From an archaeon (GTDB lineage: Archaea; Iainarchaeota; Iainarchaeia; Iainarchaeales; Iainarchaeaceae): 14,585 nucleotides of DNA. This document shows, in pieces, positions 1 to 7,495 of the stretch; position 1 is the stretch's first letter; every line of letters starts with the position of its first letter. Both the position numbers and the translations under genes were made by a program. The stretch lies in contig JBBSVV010000013.1 in assembly GCA_038046625.1 (NCBI GenBank), positions 1 to 14,585 of the forward strand. The letters are read 5' to 3'. The notes below the pieces were generated by a model. It was given only the letters and a program-made list of their open reading frames with translations, did no database searches and was not told where the DNA came from.

Positions 1-728
1 TGCGAGCCCTCATCGCCAATGATGAGTGTCCTTTCGAATTGCCCGAAGCTTTCCGCGTTTATCCTGAAGTATGCCTGCAGGGGTATTTCCACTTTCACGT
101 TTTTTGGCACAAAAACAAAACTTCCGCCTGACCATACCGCGCTGTTCAGTGCGGCAAACTTGTTGTCATTGTAGGGGATTATTTTTCCGAAGTATTGCTT
201 CACTATGTCCTCGTGCTCCTTGAGGCCCTGGTCCATTGACATGAATATTACGCCTTTTTTTTGGAGGTCTTCGCGTATGCTGCTGTACATCACTTCGGAA
301 TCGTACTGTGCCTCTACCCCTGCCAAAAATTTCCTCTCCGCCTCAGGAATGCCCAATCTTTCGAATGTTTCCTTGACTTCTTTCGGCACGTCGTCCCAGC
401 TCTTCATGTTTTCCTGCGATGCCTTCATGTAGTAAATGATTTCATCGAAATTTATTTCCCCGAGGTTTGCGCCCCATTTCGGCATGGGCATTTCCATGAA
501 TGCCTTCAATGCCTTGAGCCTGAAGTCCAGCATCCAATTTGGTTCCTTTTTTATTTCGGATATTTTCCTGACTGTTTCTTCGTTCAGGCCCTTGGCGAAA
601 ATAGTTTCATAGTTTTTCGTGCCGTAATTGAAATCATATTTGGAGTAATCCACCTGCGCCAATGCGCGTTCCTTGCTCCTGTCAAGGGTTTGCTTTGTTC
701 CCGCGTTCTTCATTTTTTCTTCGCCCAT
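1..728 (-). CDS. sufB: Fe-S cluster assembly scaffold SufB (5' part only; runs off the window start)
   Basis: Not in the ORF track because it has no stop in the window. Manual translation from ATG at 728 gives MGEEKMKN...[29 protein letters not shown]...[37 protein letters not shown]...[23 protein letters not shown]...[22 protein letters not shown], which are hallmark SufB motifs. The ATG overlaps the sufC stop (TAATG). Confidence 0.97.
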   Translation of the reverse strand, partial: MGEEKMKNAGTKQTLDRSKERALAQVDYSKYDFNYGTKNYETIFAKGLNEETVRKISEIKKEPNWMLDFRLKALKAFMEMPMPKWGANLGEINFDEIIYYMKASQENMKSWDDVPKEVKETFERLGIPEAERKFLAGVEAQYDSEVMYSSIREDLQKKGVIFMSMDQGLKEHEDIVKQYFGKIIPYNDNKFAALNSAVWSGGSFVFVPKNVKVEIPLQAYFRINAESFGQFERTLIIGDEGS

Positions 729-1501
729 TATTCGTTCACTTCCAAAACCTTTATTCCGTTTTCGTGCAGCAGGCCCGTGTATCCTTTTTCCTCGAGCTGC
801 TCCGCGAGTTCCATTCCGCCTGATGTGATTATTTTTCCCGCGTGCATCACGTGCACCTTGTCGGGCTTCAGGTGGGTGAGTATCCTTTTGTAGTGTGTCA
901 CAACCAGCGCCCCAAAATCCTTCCCCTTCATTTCGTTCACGGTTTTTGAAACAAGCTTCAGCGAGTCGATGTCCAATCCTGAATCCGTTTCATCGAGTAT
1001 GGCTATTTTTGGCTTGAGCATGAGCATCTGGAGTATTTCCGCGCGCTTTTTTTCCCCGCCTGAAAACCCGACGTTGAGTTCGCGGTCCATAACGTCTTCC
1101 TTGATTTCGAGTTTTTGTGACGCCTCTTTCAGCATCTGCCTGAATTTCACGACGCTTATGGCTTCGAGTGGGTGGTTTGCCTTGTATGCCGCGTGCAGAA
1201 ACCTGCTGAATGAAAGCCCCGGAATTTCGAAAGGGTATTGGAAAGAAAGGAACAAACCAAGGCGTGCGCGTTCCTCGGGCGGCATTGCGAGAATGCTTTT
1301 TCCGTTGAACAGGATGTCGCCCTTTGTGACCTTGTAGGTGGGGTTTCCCATTATGACATTCGAGAGCGTGCTCTTTCCAGAGCCATTTGGGCCCATGATT
1401 GCGTGGACTTCGCCCTGCCTTATTTTCAGGTCCACGCCTTTGAGTATTTCTTTTCCTTCAACGCTTGCGTGTAGCCCTTTTATTTCGAGTGTGCCTTGCA
1501 T
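728..1501 (-). CDS. sufC: Fe-S cluster assembly ABC-type ATPase SufC
   Basis: Walker [22 protein letters not shown], signature [11 protein letters not shown], Walker [13 protein letters not shown] and VTHY; directly upstream of sufB. Confidence 0.98.
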   Translation of the reverse strand: MQGTLEIKGLHASVEGKEILKGVDLKIRQGEVHAIMGPNGSGKSTLSNVIMGNPTYKVTKGDILFNGKSILAMPPEERARLGLFLSFQYPFEIPGLSFSRFLHAAYKANHPLEAISVVKFRQMLKEASQKLEIKEDVMDRELNVGFSGGEKKRAEILQMLMLKPKIAILDETDSGLDIDSLKLVSKTVNEMKGKDFGALVVTHYKRILTHLKPDKVHVMHAGKIITSGGMELAEQLEEKGYTGLLHENGIKVLEVNE

Positions 1502-1541
1502 GGTTTCATCCTTTAAGAATTTTTAAGAATTAAAATAAAAT

Positions 1542-1877
1542 TCAGAGCGCCACTCTTCGGACGCCGTTCTTTTCCATCATTTCGTAAGGCGCATCAAATT
1601 CCTTGCAGACCACACAGAGGCCGTCAAAGCCCTTGTCGGATTCCATCATTATGTCGGCCATCTTCTTGATTTTCCTGAGGTCGCTGTCATTGAAGCTGTA
1701 GTTTCCTCCGCGCTTCGCCTTGAGGTACTGGCATACCGCGGCCTCGGTAAGGCCGAGTTTTTTCGAGACTATTTTGCGCGTAACCTGCTTTTCGGTTACA
1801 AGGTATTTCGTTATTTCCCGCCTCACGGCAGGCAGCACATGCCAGCTTATGATTTCGCACGGAAATGTCAAGCCCAT
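1542..1877 (-). CDS. Archaeal HTH transcriptional regulator (COG2522-like) with N-terminal PCE and C-terminal CxxC
   Basis: FPCE...LPAVRREI...L...VSKKLGLTEAAVCQYLKAKRG...LCVVC matches the archaeal family pattern PCE..LPAIR..LGxTQAAVSQYLxxKRG..CxxC. ATG at 1877, preceded by GTGGT, is preferred over GTG at 1886. Confidence 0.85.
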   Translation of the reverse strand: MGLTFPCEIISWHVLPAVRREITKYLVTEKQVTRKIVSKKLGLTEAAVCQYLKAKRGGNYSFNDSDLRKIKKMADIMMESDKGFDGLCVVCKEFDAPYEMMEKNGVRRVAL

Positions 1878-1889
1878 TAATACCACTAA

Positions 1890-1903
1890 TTAACAATCGT
1901 TAA
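1890..1903. promoter_or_regulatory. Palindromic candidate operator TTAACaATcGTTAA
   Basis: Near-perfect 14-bp inverted repeat between the TATA box (1909-1916) and the regulator start codon. Confidence 0.55.
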
Positions 1904-1908
1904 GATTC

Positions 1909-1923
1909 TTTTTAAAGGTTTCG
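1909..1923 (-). promoter_or_regulatory. Archaeal BRE/TATA promoter of the regulator-sufC-sufB operon
   Basis: Minus strand reads CGAAACC-TTTAAAAA, about 32 nt upstream of ATG 1877. Confidence 0.65.
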
Positions 1924-1980
1924 GGTCAAAAATGCGTTCTTTTCGCTTTTCAGCGTCTTTTGAAGTTTCCTGCGTTTTCG

Positions 1981-1988
1981 TTTTAAAG
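1981..1988 (+). promoter_or_regulatory. TATA-like box for the first dsbA-family gene
   Basis: TTTTAAAG about 25-30 nt upstream of the ATG at 2012. Confidence 0.5.
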
Positions 1989-2011
1989 CTTTCGCGGTTT
2001 GTTCTGTGGAG

Positions 2012-2668
2012 ATGAGCAAACTCAAGGAAATGAAGAAACAGAAGGAGCAGGTCGAGGGTGGAGGCATGCTTTACACCATTCTCGCGGTTCTTGTTGTGGT
2101 TGCGGGCATTGCGGTTGTAGCGCTTTTCCTGCTCAATCCGAGGCCTTCGATTGACCTTGCAAAGCTCGAGGCTGGCGGCCATACCCACGGGAATGAAAAC
2201 GCAAAGGTCAGCATTGTCGAGTTTTCCGATTTTCAGTGCCCTGCATGCGGCGCAGCCTATCCCGCTGTTGAGCAGGCTTTTTCGCAATATTCTGATAAAG
2301 TGAAGTTCACTTACAGGCACTTTCCATTGAGCTCTTTGCACCCTTACGCGCAGAAGGCCGCGGAGGCCTCCGAATGCGCCTCCGAGCAGGGAAAGTTTTG
2401 GGAAATGTACGACAAGCTATTCCAGAACCAGCAGAACCTGAAAATCGGCGACCTCAAGCAGTATGCCGCCAGCATTGGCCTTGATTCCGCACAGTTTAAC
2501 TCCTGCCTTGATGCGGGCAAGTACGCTTCAAAAGTCGCTTCCGATTATTCTTTCGCGCTTTCCATAGGCCTGAATTCGACCCCCACTTTTTTCATCAATG
2601 GCGAGAAGTATGCTTCCGCCATGAGTTTTGACCAGCTGAAGGCTCTTATTGATGCGAAGCTCGGCTGA
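2012..2668 (+). CDS. dsbA: Membrane-anchored DsbA-family thiol-disulfide oxidoreductase (CPAC)
   Basis: N-terminal TM helix (LYTILAVLVVVAGIAVVALFLL), EFSDFQCPAC, YRHFPL, AAEASECA.EQGKFWEM and cis-Pro loop STPTFFING. ATG 2012 follows GGAG; GTG 2006 is an alternative start. Confidence 0.92.
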   Translation: MSKLKEMKKQKEQVEGGGMLYTILAVLVVVAGIAVVALFLLNPRPSIDLAKLEAGGHTHGNENAKVSIVEFSDFQCPACGAAYPAVEQAFSQYSDKVKFTYRHFPLSSLHPYAQKAAEASECASEQGKFWEMYDKLFQNQQNLKIGDLKQYAASIGLDSAQFNSCLDAGKYASKVASDYSFALSIGLNSTPTFFINGEKYASAMSFDQLKALIDAKLG

Positions 2669-2673
2669 ATGCG

Positions 2674-2692
2674 TTTGGTTAGGCTAATCAAA
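2674..2692. promoter_or_regulatory. 19-bp inverted repeat resembling a DtxR/IdeR box (alternatively a 3' hairpin of dsbA1)
   Basis: TTTGGTTAGGCTAATCAAA matches TTAGGTTAGSCTAACCTAA at 16 of 19 positions; a TTTAAATA element follows at 2701-2708. Confidence 0.45.
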
Positions 2693-2815
2693 TGCTTGGT
2701 TTTAAATACCTTTCAGTAAGGGATTAATGGGTTCTGAGGAAAAGATTAAAAACCCCGGAAACCCATAGTATATAACATATTCATGTTAATTAGTTAAAAC
2801 AAGGAGGTTTTTTGT

Positions 2816-3583
2816 TTGGAACAAAACATGTATCTGCCTTTGAGTATCTTGGTTTCCACGCTTATACTCTCAGGAACGCTTTTTTTCGTGGGTGCTGACG
2901 TGAGCAAAAGCATGACTGGCTTTGTGACAGCAGTCCAGGATTCTGGTCTTGCTGCGGGCAGCGGTTCAGGCTCGGGTTCAGGCAATAATGTGCCTTCAGG
3001 AGACGCCGGAAATGCTGCGCCACAGGCACAGCCGACTCCAACGCCTTCTCCTACAATAGACATGAAGGCCCTGGCTGACGACGACCCTGTTGAAGGCAAT
3101 GCGAACGCACCAGTCACAATCATAGAGTTTTCGGATTTCCAGTGCCCGTTCTGCGAAAGGTTCTATACCGGCACTCTTTCACAGATTAGGAAGGACTATA
3201 TTGACACGGGGAAAGTCAAGCTCATTTACAGGGATTTCCCTTTGAACTTCCACCCTGAAGCGCAGAAGGCTGCGGAGGCCGCAGGATGCGCCGAGGAACA
3301 AGGAAAATTCTGGGAGTATCACGATAAGATTTTCCAGAACCAAGCCGCTTTGGGCGTTGCTTCAGAAAAGCAGTGGGCCAAGGATTTGGGCCTTGATACG
3401 GCAAAGTTCAACCAGTGCCTTGATTCCGGTTCAAGGAATTCCGAGATAAGCAAGGACCTCAGCGACGGCCAGAATGCAGGCATTTCAGGAACGCCTACGT
3501 TCTTCATCAACGGCCAGAAAGTTGTCGGGGCACAGCCTTACTCGGTGTTCCAGCAGATAATCGACGCAGAACTCGCGGGATAA
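2816..3583 (+). CDS. dsbA: Second membrane-anchored/secreted DsbA-family oxidoreductase (CPFC) with a Gly/Ser- and Pro/Thr-rich linker
   Basis: SD AAGGAGG at 2801-2807 precedes TTG 2816. Hydrophobic N-terminus, GSGSGSGSG and PTPTPSPT linker, EFSDFQCPFC, YRDFPL and GTPTFFING. Confidence 0.92.
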   Translation: MEQNMYLPLSILVSTLILSGTLFFVGADVSKSMTGFVTAVQDSGLAAGSGSGSGSGNNVPSGDAGNAAPQAQPTPTPSPTIDMKALADDDPVEGNANAPVTIIEFSDFQCPFCERFYTGTLSQIRKDYIDTGKVKLIYRDFPLNFHPEAQKAAEAAGCAEEQGKFWEYHDKIFQNQAALGVASEKQWAKDLGLDTAKFNQCLDSGSRNSEISKDLSDGQNAGISGTPTFFINGQKVVGAQPYSVFQQIIDAELAG

Positions 3584-3593
3584 AATCCACGGG

Positions 3594-3610
3594 TTTTTTT
3601 CTATTTTTTT
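3594..3610 (+). terminator. Oligo-T archaeal terminator after dsbA2
   Basis: TTTTTTTCTATTTTTTT about 10 nt after the stop codon. Confidence 0.6.
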
Positions 3611-3656
3611 AACTCTCTTCCTTCACGTAAGTCCGTTTTTTTCTTTCGGCAAAGTC

Positions 3657-3663
3657 TTTTTAT
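3657..3663 (+). promoter_or_regulatory. TATA-like box for the glutaredoxin-trxB-malic enzyme unit
   Basis: GCAAAGTC-TTTTTAT about 32-38 nt upstream of ATG 3695, followed by an AT-rich TTAATT. Confidence 0.45.
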
Positions 3664-3694
3664 TTTCAGCGTGCCTTAATTCAATTGGTTTCAA

Positions 3695-3931
3695 ATGCAG
3701 CAAGTGACTATTTACTCAACCCCCGCGTGTGTTTACTGCGGGATGGCAAAAAAGTTTTTTGCCGAGCACAATGTCAAGTACAATGAATACAATGTTTCCG
3801 AGGACTCAGGCAAGGCCGAGGAAATGATTGAGAAGAGCGGCCAGAGCGGCGTTCCGGTAATTGAAATCGGGAAAAAAGTTATTGTGGGCTTCGACAAGCA
3901 AGCGATTAAAGAGGCTTTGCGCCTAAAGTGA
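3695..3931 (+). CDS. Glutaredoxin-like protein (NrdH/YruB family), CVYC active site
   Basis: VTIYSTPACVYC..AKKFF...SGQSGVPVI.IG..VIVGFD; 78 aa. Confidence 0.92.
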   Translation: MQQVTIYSTPACVYCGMAKKFFAEHNVKYNEYNVSEDSGKAEEMIEKSGQSGVPVIEIGKKVIVGFDKQAIKEALRLK

Positions 3932-3941
3932 AGTGTTGCGC

Positions 3942-4871
3942 ATGGAAAAATATGACTTGATAATAATCGGCGCGGGTTCCGCAGGCCTTCCTGCCGCGGT
4001 TTACGCTGCGCGCTTCAGGCTTAAAACCCTTGTCATTGGAGAAATTATCGGGGGCACAATAATCAATACGCACATAGTTGAAAACTGGCCGGGCATTGTT
4101 TCAATTACGGGCTGGGATTTGATGGAGACCCTAAAGGAGCATGTGAAAGCGAATGAAGTGCAGATCATTGACGCGAAAGTCATCGATGTTGAGAAAAAAG
4201 GGAAACCGGAATTCATTGTGAAGACAAAAAGAGAGGAGTACTCCGCTAAAACAATCCTGTTTGCAACCGGCACATCGAGAAAAAGGCTGAACGTTCCCGG
4301 GGAAAAAGAATTCGAAAACAAGGGCGTTTCTTACTGCGCGGTTTGTGACGGCGCATTTTTCAAAAATAAAGTTGTCGGAGTTGTTGGGGGATCTGACAGC
4401 GCGGCAAAGGAAGCGCTTTTCCTTTCCGAGCATGCTTCAAAGGTTTACATTATTTACAGGGGCGACAAAATAAGGCCCGAGCCTATAAACGGCGAGCGTG
4501 TCCAGAGGGCTAAGAAAATCGAGGTTCTCACCAAAAAAAACGTTTCGGAGATTTTCGGCGACAAAAATGTGAAGGGAGTAAAGTTCATGGAAGGGGGTTT
4601 GCTTGCGATGGATGGTGTCTTCATTGAAATCGGCGCAACCCCGAATTCAGAGCTCGCGAAAAAGCTCGGAGTGAAGGTCAATAAAATTGAGGAAATAATA
4701 ATTGATGAATCCTCAAAAACAAACGTGGGCGGAATTTTTGCCGCGGGTGATGTATGCAACAGGCACTTCAAGCAGGCAATCACGGGCGCCGCTGAAGGTG
4801 TTATTGCCGCGTTTTCGGCTTACGAGTTCATAAACAATAATTCCGCAAGCTTGGGCTTGGAACAGAACTAG
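3942..4871 (+). CDS. trxB: Thioredoxin reductase (low-Mr TrxB-type flavoprotein)
   Basis: FAD motif IIGAGSAG, ATG motif, GVSYCAVCDG redox centre and TNVGGIFAAGDV. ATG 3942 is preferred; GTG 3933 is an alternative start. Confidence 0.94.
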   Translation: MEKYDLIIIGAGSAGLPAAVYAARFRLKTLVIGEIIGGTIINTHIVENWPGIVSITGWDLMETLKEHVKANEVQIIDAKVIDVEKKGKPEFIVKTKREEYSAKTILFATGTSRKRLNVPGEKEFENKGVSYCAVCDGAFFKNKVVGVVGGSDSAAKEALFLSEHASKVYIIYRGDKIRPEPINGERVQRAKKIEVLTKKNVSEIFGDKNVKGVKFMEGGLLAMDGVFIEIGATPNSELAKKLGVKVNKIEEIIIDESSKTNVGGIFAAGDVCNRHFKQAITGAAEGVIAAFSAYEFINNNSASLGLEQN

Positions 4872-4880
4872 GGATTCACT

Positions 4881-6062
4881 TTGGACAACGATGCGCTGAA
4901 GCTTCATTCGAAGCTTAAGGGAAAGCTTTCCATAAATTCCAAAATAAAAATAAAAACCATGAAGGACCTGAGCCTTGCTTATACTCCTGGTGTTGCGGCG
5001 CCGTGCATGGAAATCGCTTTGCATCCTGAAAAGGTTTACGAGTACACGATGAAGGGCAACACTGTAGCCATAATCACTGACGGTTCCGCCGTTCTGGGCC
5101 TTGGCGATATCGGGGCCGAGGCTTCTTTGCCCGTCATGGAGGGCAAGGCGCTTCTCATGAAGGAGTTCGCGGGAATTGATTCTTTTCCGATTGCATTGAA
5201 GCTCCGTGATGTGAATGCTATTGTTTCAGCTGTAAAATCCATTTCCCCTGTTTTCGGTGCCATAAACTTAGAGGACATTTCAGCGCCGCGCTGTTTCGAA
5301 ATCGGCGAGCAGCTTGAGAATCTCGGGATTCCGGTTATGCATGATGACCAGCACGGCACGGCAACGGTTCTTCTTGCGGCCCTAATTAATTCTTTGAAGG
5401 TTGTCGGAAAGGAAATAGAAGAGGTAAAAGTTGTGATAAGCGGTTCGGGGGCCGCCGGAATTGCGGTTGCACGGCTTTTATTATGCATGGGTTATGACCA
5501 TAACGTTTGCAGGCGCGCGAAGGAAATAATCCTGGTTGACAGTGAAGGAATAATTTACGAGGGCAGGCCGGGCCTGAACAGGTACAAGCAGGAAATGGCT
5601 TTGTTTACCAACCGCGAAAAGAAAAGAGGCTCATTGAAAGACGCTTTGGCCGGCGCGGATGTTTTCATCGGAGTGAGCAAAGGCAATATTCTTGACAAGT
5701 CCGCAATAAAAAGTATGGCTCCAAAAGCCATTGTTTTTCCAATGGCGAACCCTGTTCCTGAAATAATGCCGCAGGACGCCGTTGATGCGGGCGCCGCAAT
5801 AGTCGGCACCGGGAGAAGCGACTTTCCCAATCAAGTTAATAATGTGCTTGCCTTTCCTGGGATATTCAGGGGCGCGCTCGATTCAAAAGCCACAAAAATA
5901 ACTCCCTCAATGCGCATTGCAGCTGCCCATGCGCTTGCTTCGTGCGTGAAAAAGCCTTCAGCCAATAATATTCTTCCCGGGGCGCTTGACAAAAGTATTG
6001 TTCCGAAAATTGCGAAGGCGGTTGCCGCAATGGCAGTAAAGGAAGGGGTAGTAAGAAAATGA
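4881..6062 (+). CDS. NAD(P)-dependent malic enzyme (short type, no PTA domain)
   Basis: LSLAYTPGVA, TDGSAVLGLGDIG, PVMEGKA, INLEDI.APRCF, HDDQHGTA, GSGAAG, ANPVPEI and TGRSDFPNQVNNVLAFPGIFRGALD. Confidence 0.96.
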   Translation: MDNDALKLHSKLKGKLSINSKIKIKTMKDLSLAYTPGVAAPCMEIALHPEKVYEYTMKGNTVAIITDGSAVLGLGDIGAEASLPVMEGKALLMKEFAGIDSFPIALKLRDVNAIVSAVKSISPVFGAINLEDISAPRCFEIGEQLENLGIPVMHDDQHGTATVLLAALINSLKVVGKEIEEVKVVISGSGAAGIAVARLLLCMGYDHNVCRRAKEIILVDSEGIIYEGRPGLNRYKQEMALFTNREKKRGSLKDALAGADVFIGVSKGNILDKSAIKSMAPKAIVFPMANPVPEIMPQDAVDAGAAIVGTGRSDFPNQVNNVLAFPGIFRGALDSKATKITPSMRIAAAHALASCVKKPSANNILPGALDKSIVPKIAKAVAAMAVKEGVVRK

Positions 6063-6102
6063 TTGAACTTATGGCGCGCGTCGAAATGCGCGTGGTGAGG
6101 AA

Positions 6103-6471
6103 ATGAAATCCATCGCAATTATCGGCGCCTCGAACCACAGGGAAAAATTCAGCAACAAGTGCGTGCGCGCCTACACAAAGCTGGGCTGGAAAGTTTTTCC
6201 CGTGAATCCAAAAGAAGCGGAAATCGAGGGGATAAAGTGCTATGCTTCAATAAAAAATGTTCCCCAGAAAACAGATCTTGTTTCAATTTACATTCCTTCG
6301 CAGGTAACCATGGGCATCATTCCAGAGCTTAAGGGCGCAAAGGTTGCCGAAGTTGTTCTCAATCCCGGCGCGGAATCAGATGAGCTCATTGCGGAGCTCA
6401 AGAAAAACGGCATAAAGCCGTTGATGATTTGCAGCATCAAGATGCAGGGCCTTTCCCCTGACGATTTCTAA
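6103..6471 (+). CDS. CoA-binding protein (YccU / CoA_binding_2 family)
   Basis: IAIIGAS...K.S......GWKVFPVNP....IEG..CY.S...NPGAES...C; SD-like GGTGAGG at 6094-6100. Confidence 0.9.
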   Translation: MKSIAIIGASNHREKFSNKCVRAYTKLGWKVFPVNPKEAEIEGIKCYASIKNVPQKTDLVSIYIPSQVTMGIIPELKGAKVAEVVLNPGAESDELIAELKKNGIKPLMICSIKMQGLSPDDF

Positions 6472-6515
6472 GCATTTGCGGCATCGAGTTAAACCTTTTT
6501 GCAGAATTTTTATTC

Positions 6516-7493
6516 ATGAGGGAATCATTCGGATCTTCAGATGAAAGCCTTTTTGCGGCTCTGGAAGCGCTTGTTTCCAAGATAGAGTTTTCCACTTTTT
6601 TTGTAGGGGTAACCAGTGCCGATCCTGAAAAGAAGCCGGAACTGCGTGAAAAGGTTTCAGGTTTTCTTGTTCGCAAATTTTCCGCCGCATTAGGTTCTGC
6701 CGAAATTCACGACCTTTACGTGCTGGCTGATTTTGAAAAGCACTTTGCCGAAGCAACGCCTTCGAATGTTTTCGTCGAGGGCTTTTACAACAAATATGAA
6801 AGGGGGATTGCGCAGACTTTCCACTATTGCTTCAAGTGCAAAGGAAGAGGGTGTGCATTCTGCTCTTTTTCCGGGAAGCTTTCCAAGGATTCAGTGCAGG
6901 AACTCCTTGAAAAATTTTTCCTGCCTGCCTTCGAATCTAAAGAATCCAGGTTTCACGGGTGCGGTCGCGAGGACGCGGATGTTCTTATGCTTGGAAACGG
7001 CAGGCCTTTTGTGATTGAGGTTGTTTCTCCGAAAAAGCGCTCCGCAGAGCTGAAACTCCTTGAATCAGAAATAAATTCCGCTTTTGAAGGAAGGATTGCC
7101 GTGCACGGCCTCGGGTTTTGCGGAAAGGATAAAATAGTTTTTTTCAAGAGTGCGGTGTTCGAAAAAATTTATTGCGCGCACTGCGAATCCGCTTCGCCTA
7201 TTCCAAAAGAAAAAATTCTCGGGCTTGCGGGAAAAAAGTTCGATGTTTTGCAGTTTACCCCCGAGCGCGTTGAGAAGAGGCGCGCATTAATGGAGCGAAA
7301 AAAATACGCGGAAATAAAGCAGGTTTCGGCCGTTGCTGCGCACCGCTTTGATTTGGTTGTGCTTGCTTCCCATGGAATGTACGTGAAGGAATTCGTTTCA
7401 GGCGATAACGGCAGGACAAAGCCCAGCATTTCGTCTTTGCTCGGAGCCGAATGCATCTGTGCCGCGCTTGATGTGCTTGAAATAATTATTTGA
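6516..7493 (+). CDS. pus10: tRNA pseudouridine(54/55) synthase Pus10, N-terminally shortened
   Basis: GFYNKYERGIAQT, CxxCxGxGCxxC, catalytic FHGCGREDADV.MLGNGRPFV, Q.TPERV..RRA and GMYVKEFVSGDNGRTKPS...LDV. Confidence 0.93.
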   Translation: MRESFGSSDESLFAALEALVSKIEFSTFFVGVTSADPEKKPELREKVSGFLVRKFSAALGSAEIHDLYVLADFEKHFAEATPSNVFVEGFYNKYERGIAQTFHYCFKCKGRGCAFCSFSGKLSKDSVQELLEKFFLPAFESKESRFHGCGREDADVLMLGNGRPFVIEVVSPKKRSAELKLLESEINSAFEGRIAVHGLGFCGKDKIVFFKSAVFEKIYCAHCESASPIPKEKILGLAGKKFDVLQFTPERVEKRRALMERKKYAEIKQVSAVAAHRFDLVVLASHGMYVKEFVSGDNGRTKPSISSLLGAECICAALDVLEIII

Positions 7494-7495
7494 AT

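Noticed and set aside
205..1526. Plus-strand ORFs over sufB/sufC, and similar antisense ORFs over trxB, malic enzyme, radA, rpa and the epimerase
   Set aside because: Shadow frames of well-supported genes on the opposite strand, with no recognisable motifs.
2957..3056. GGTTCAGGC repeats and Pro/Thr codon repeats
   Set aside because: They encode a low-complexity GS/PT linker in DsbA2; not a CRISPR array or a mobile repeat.
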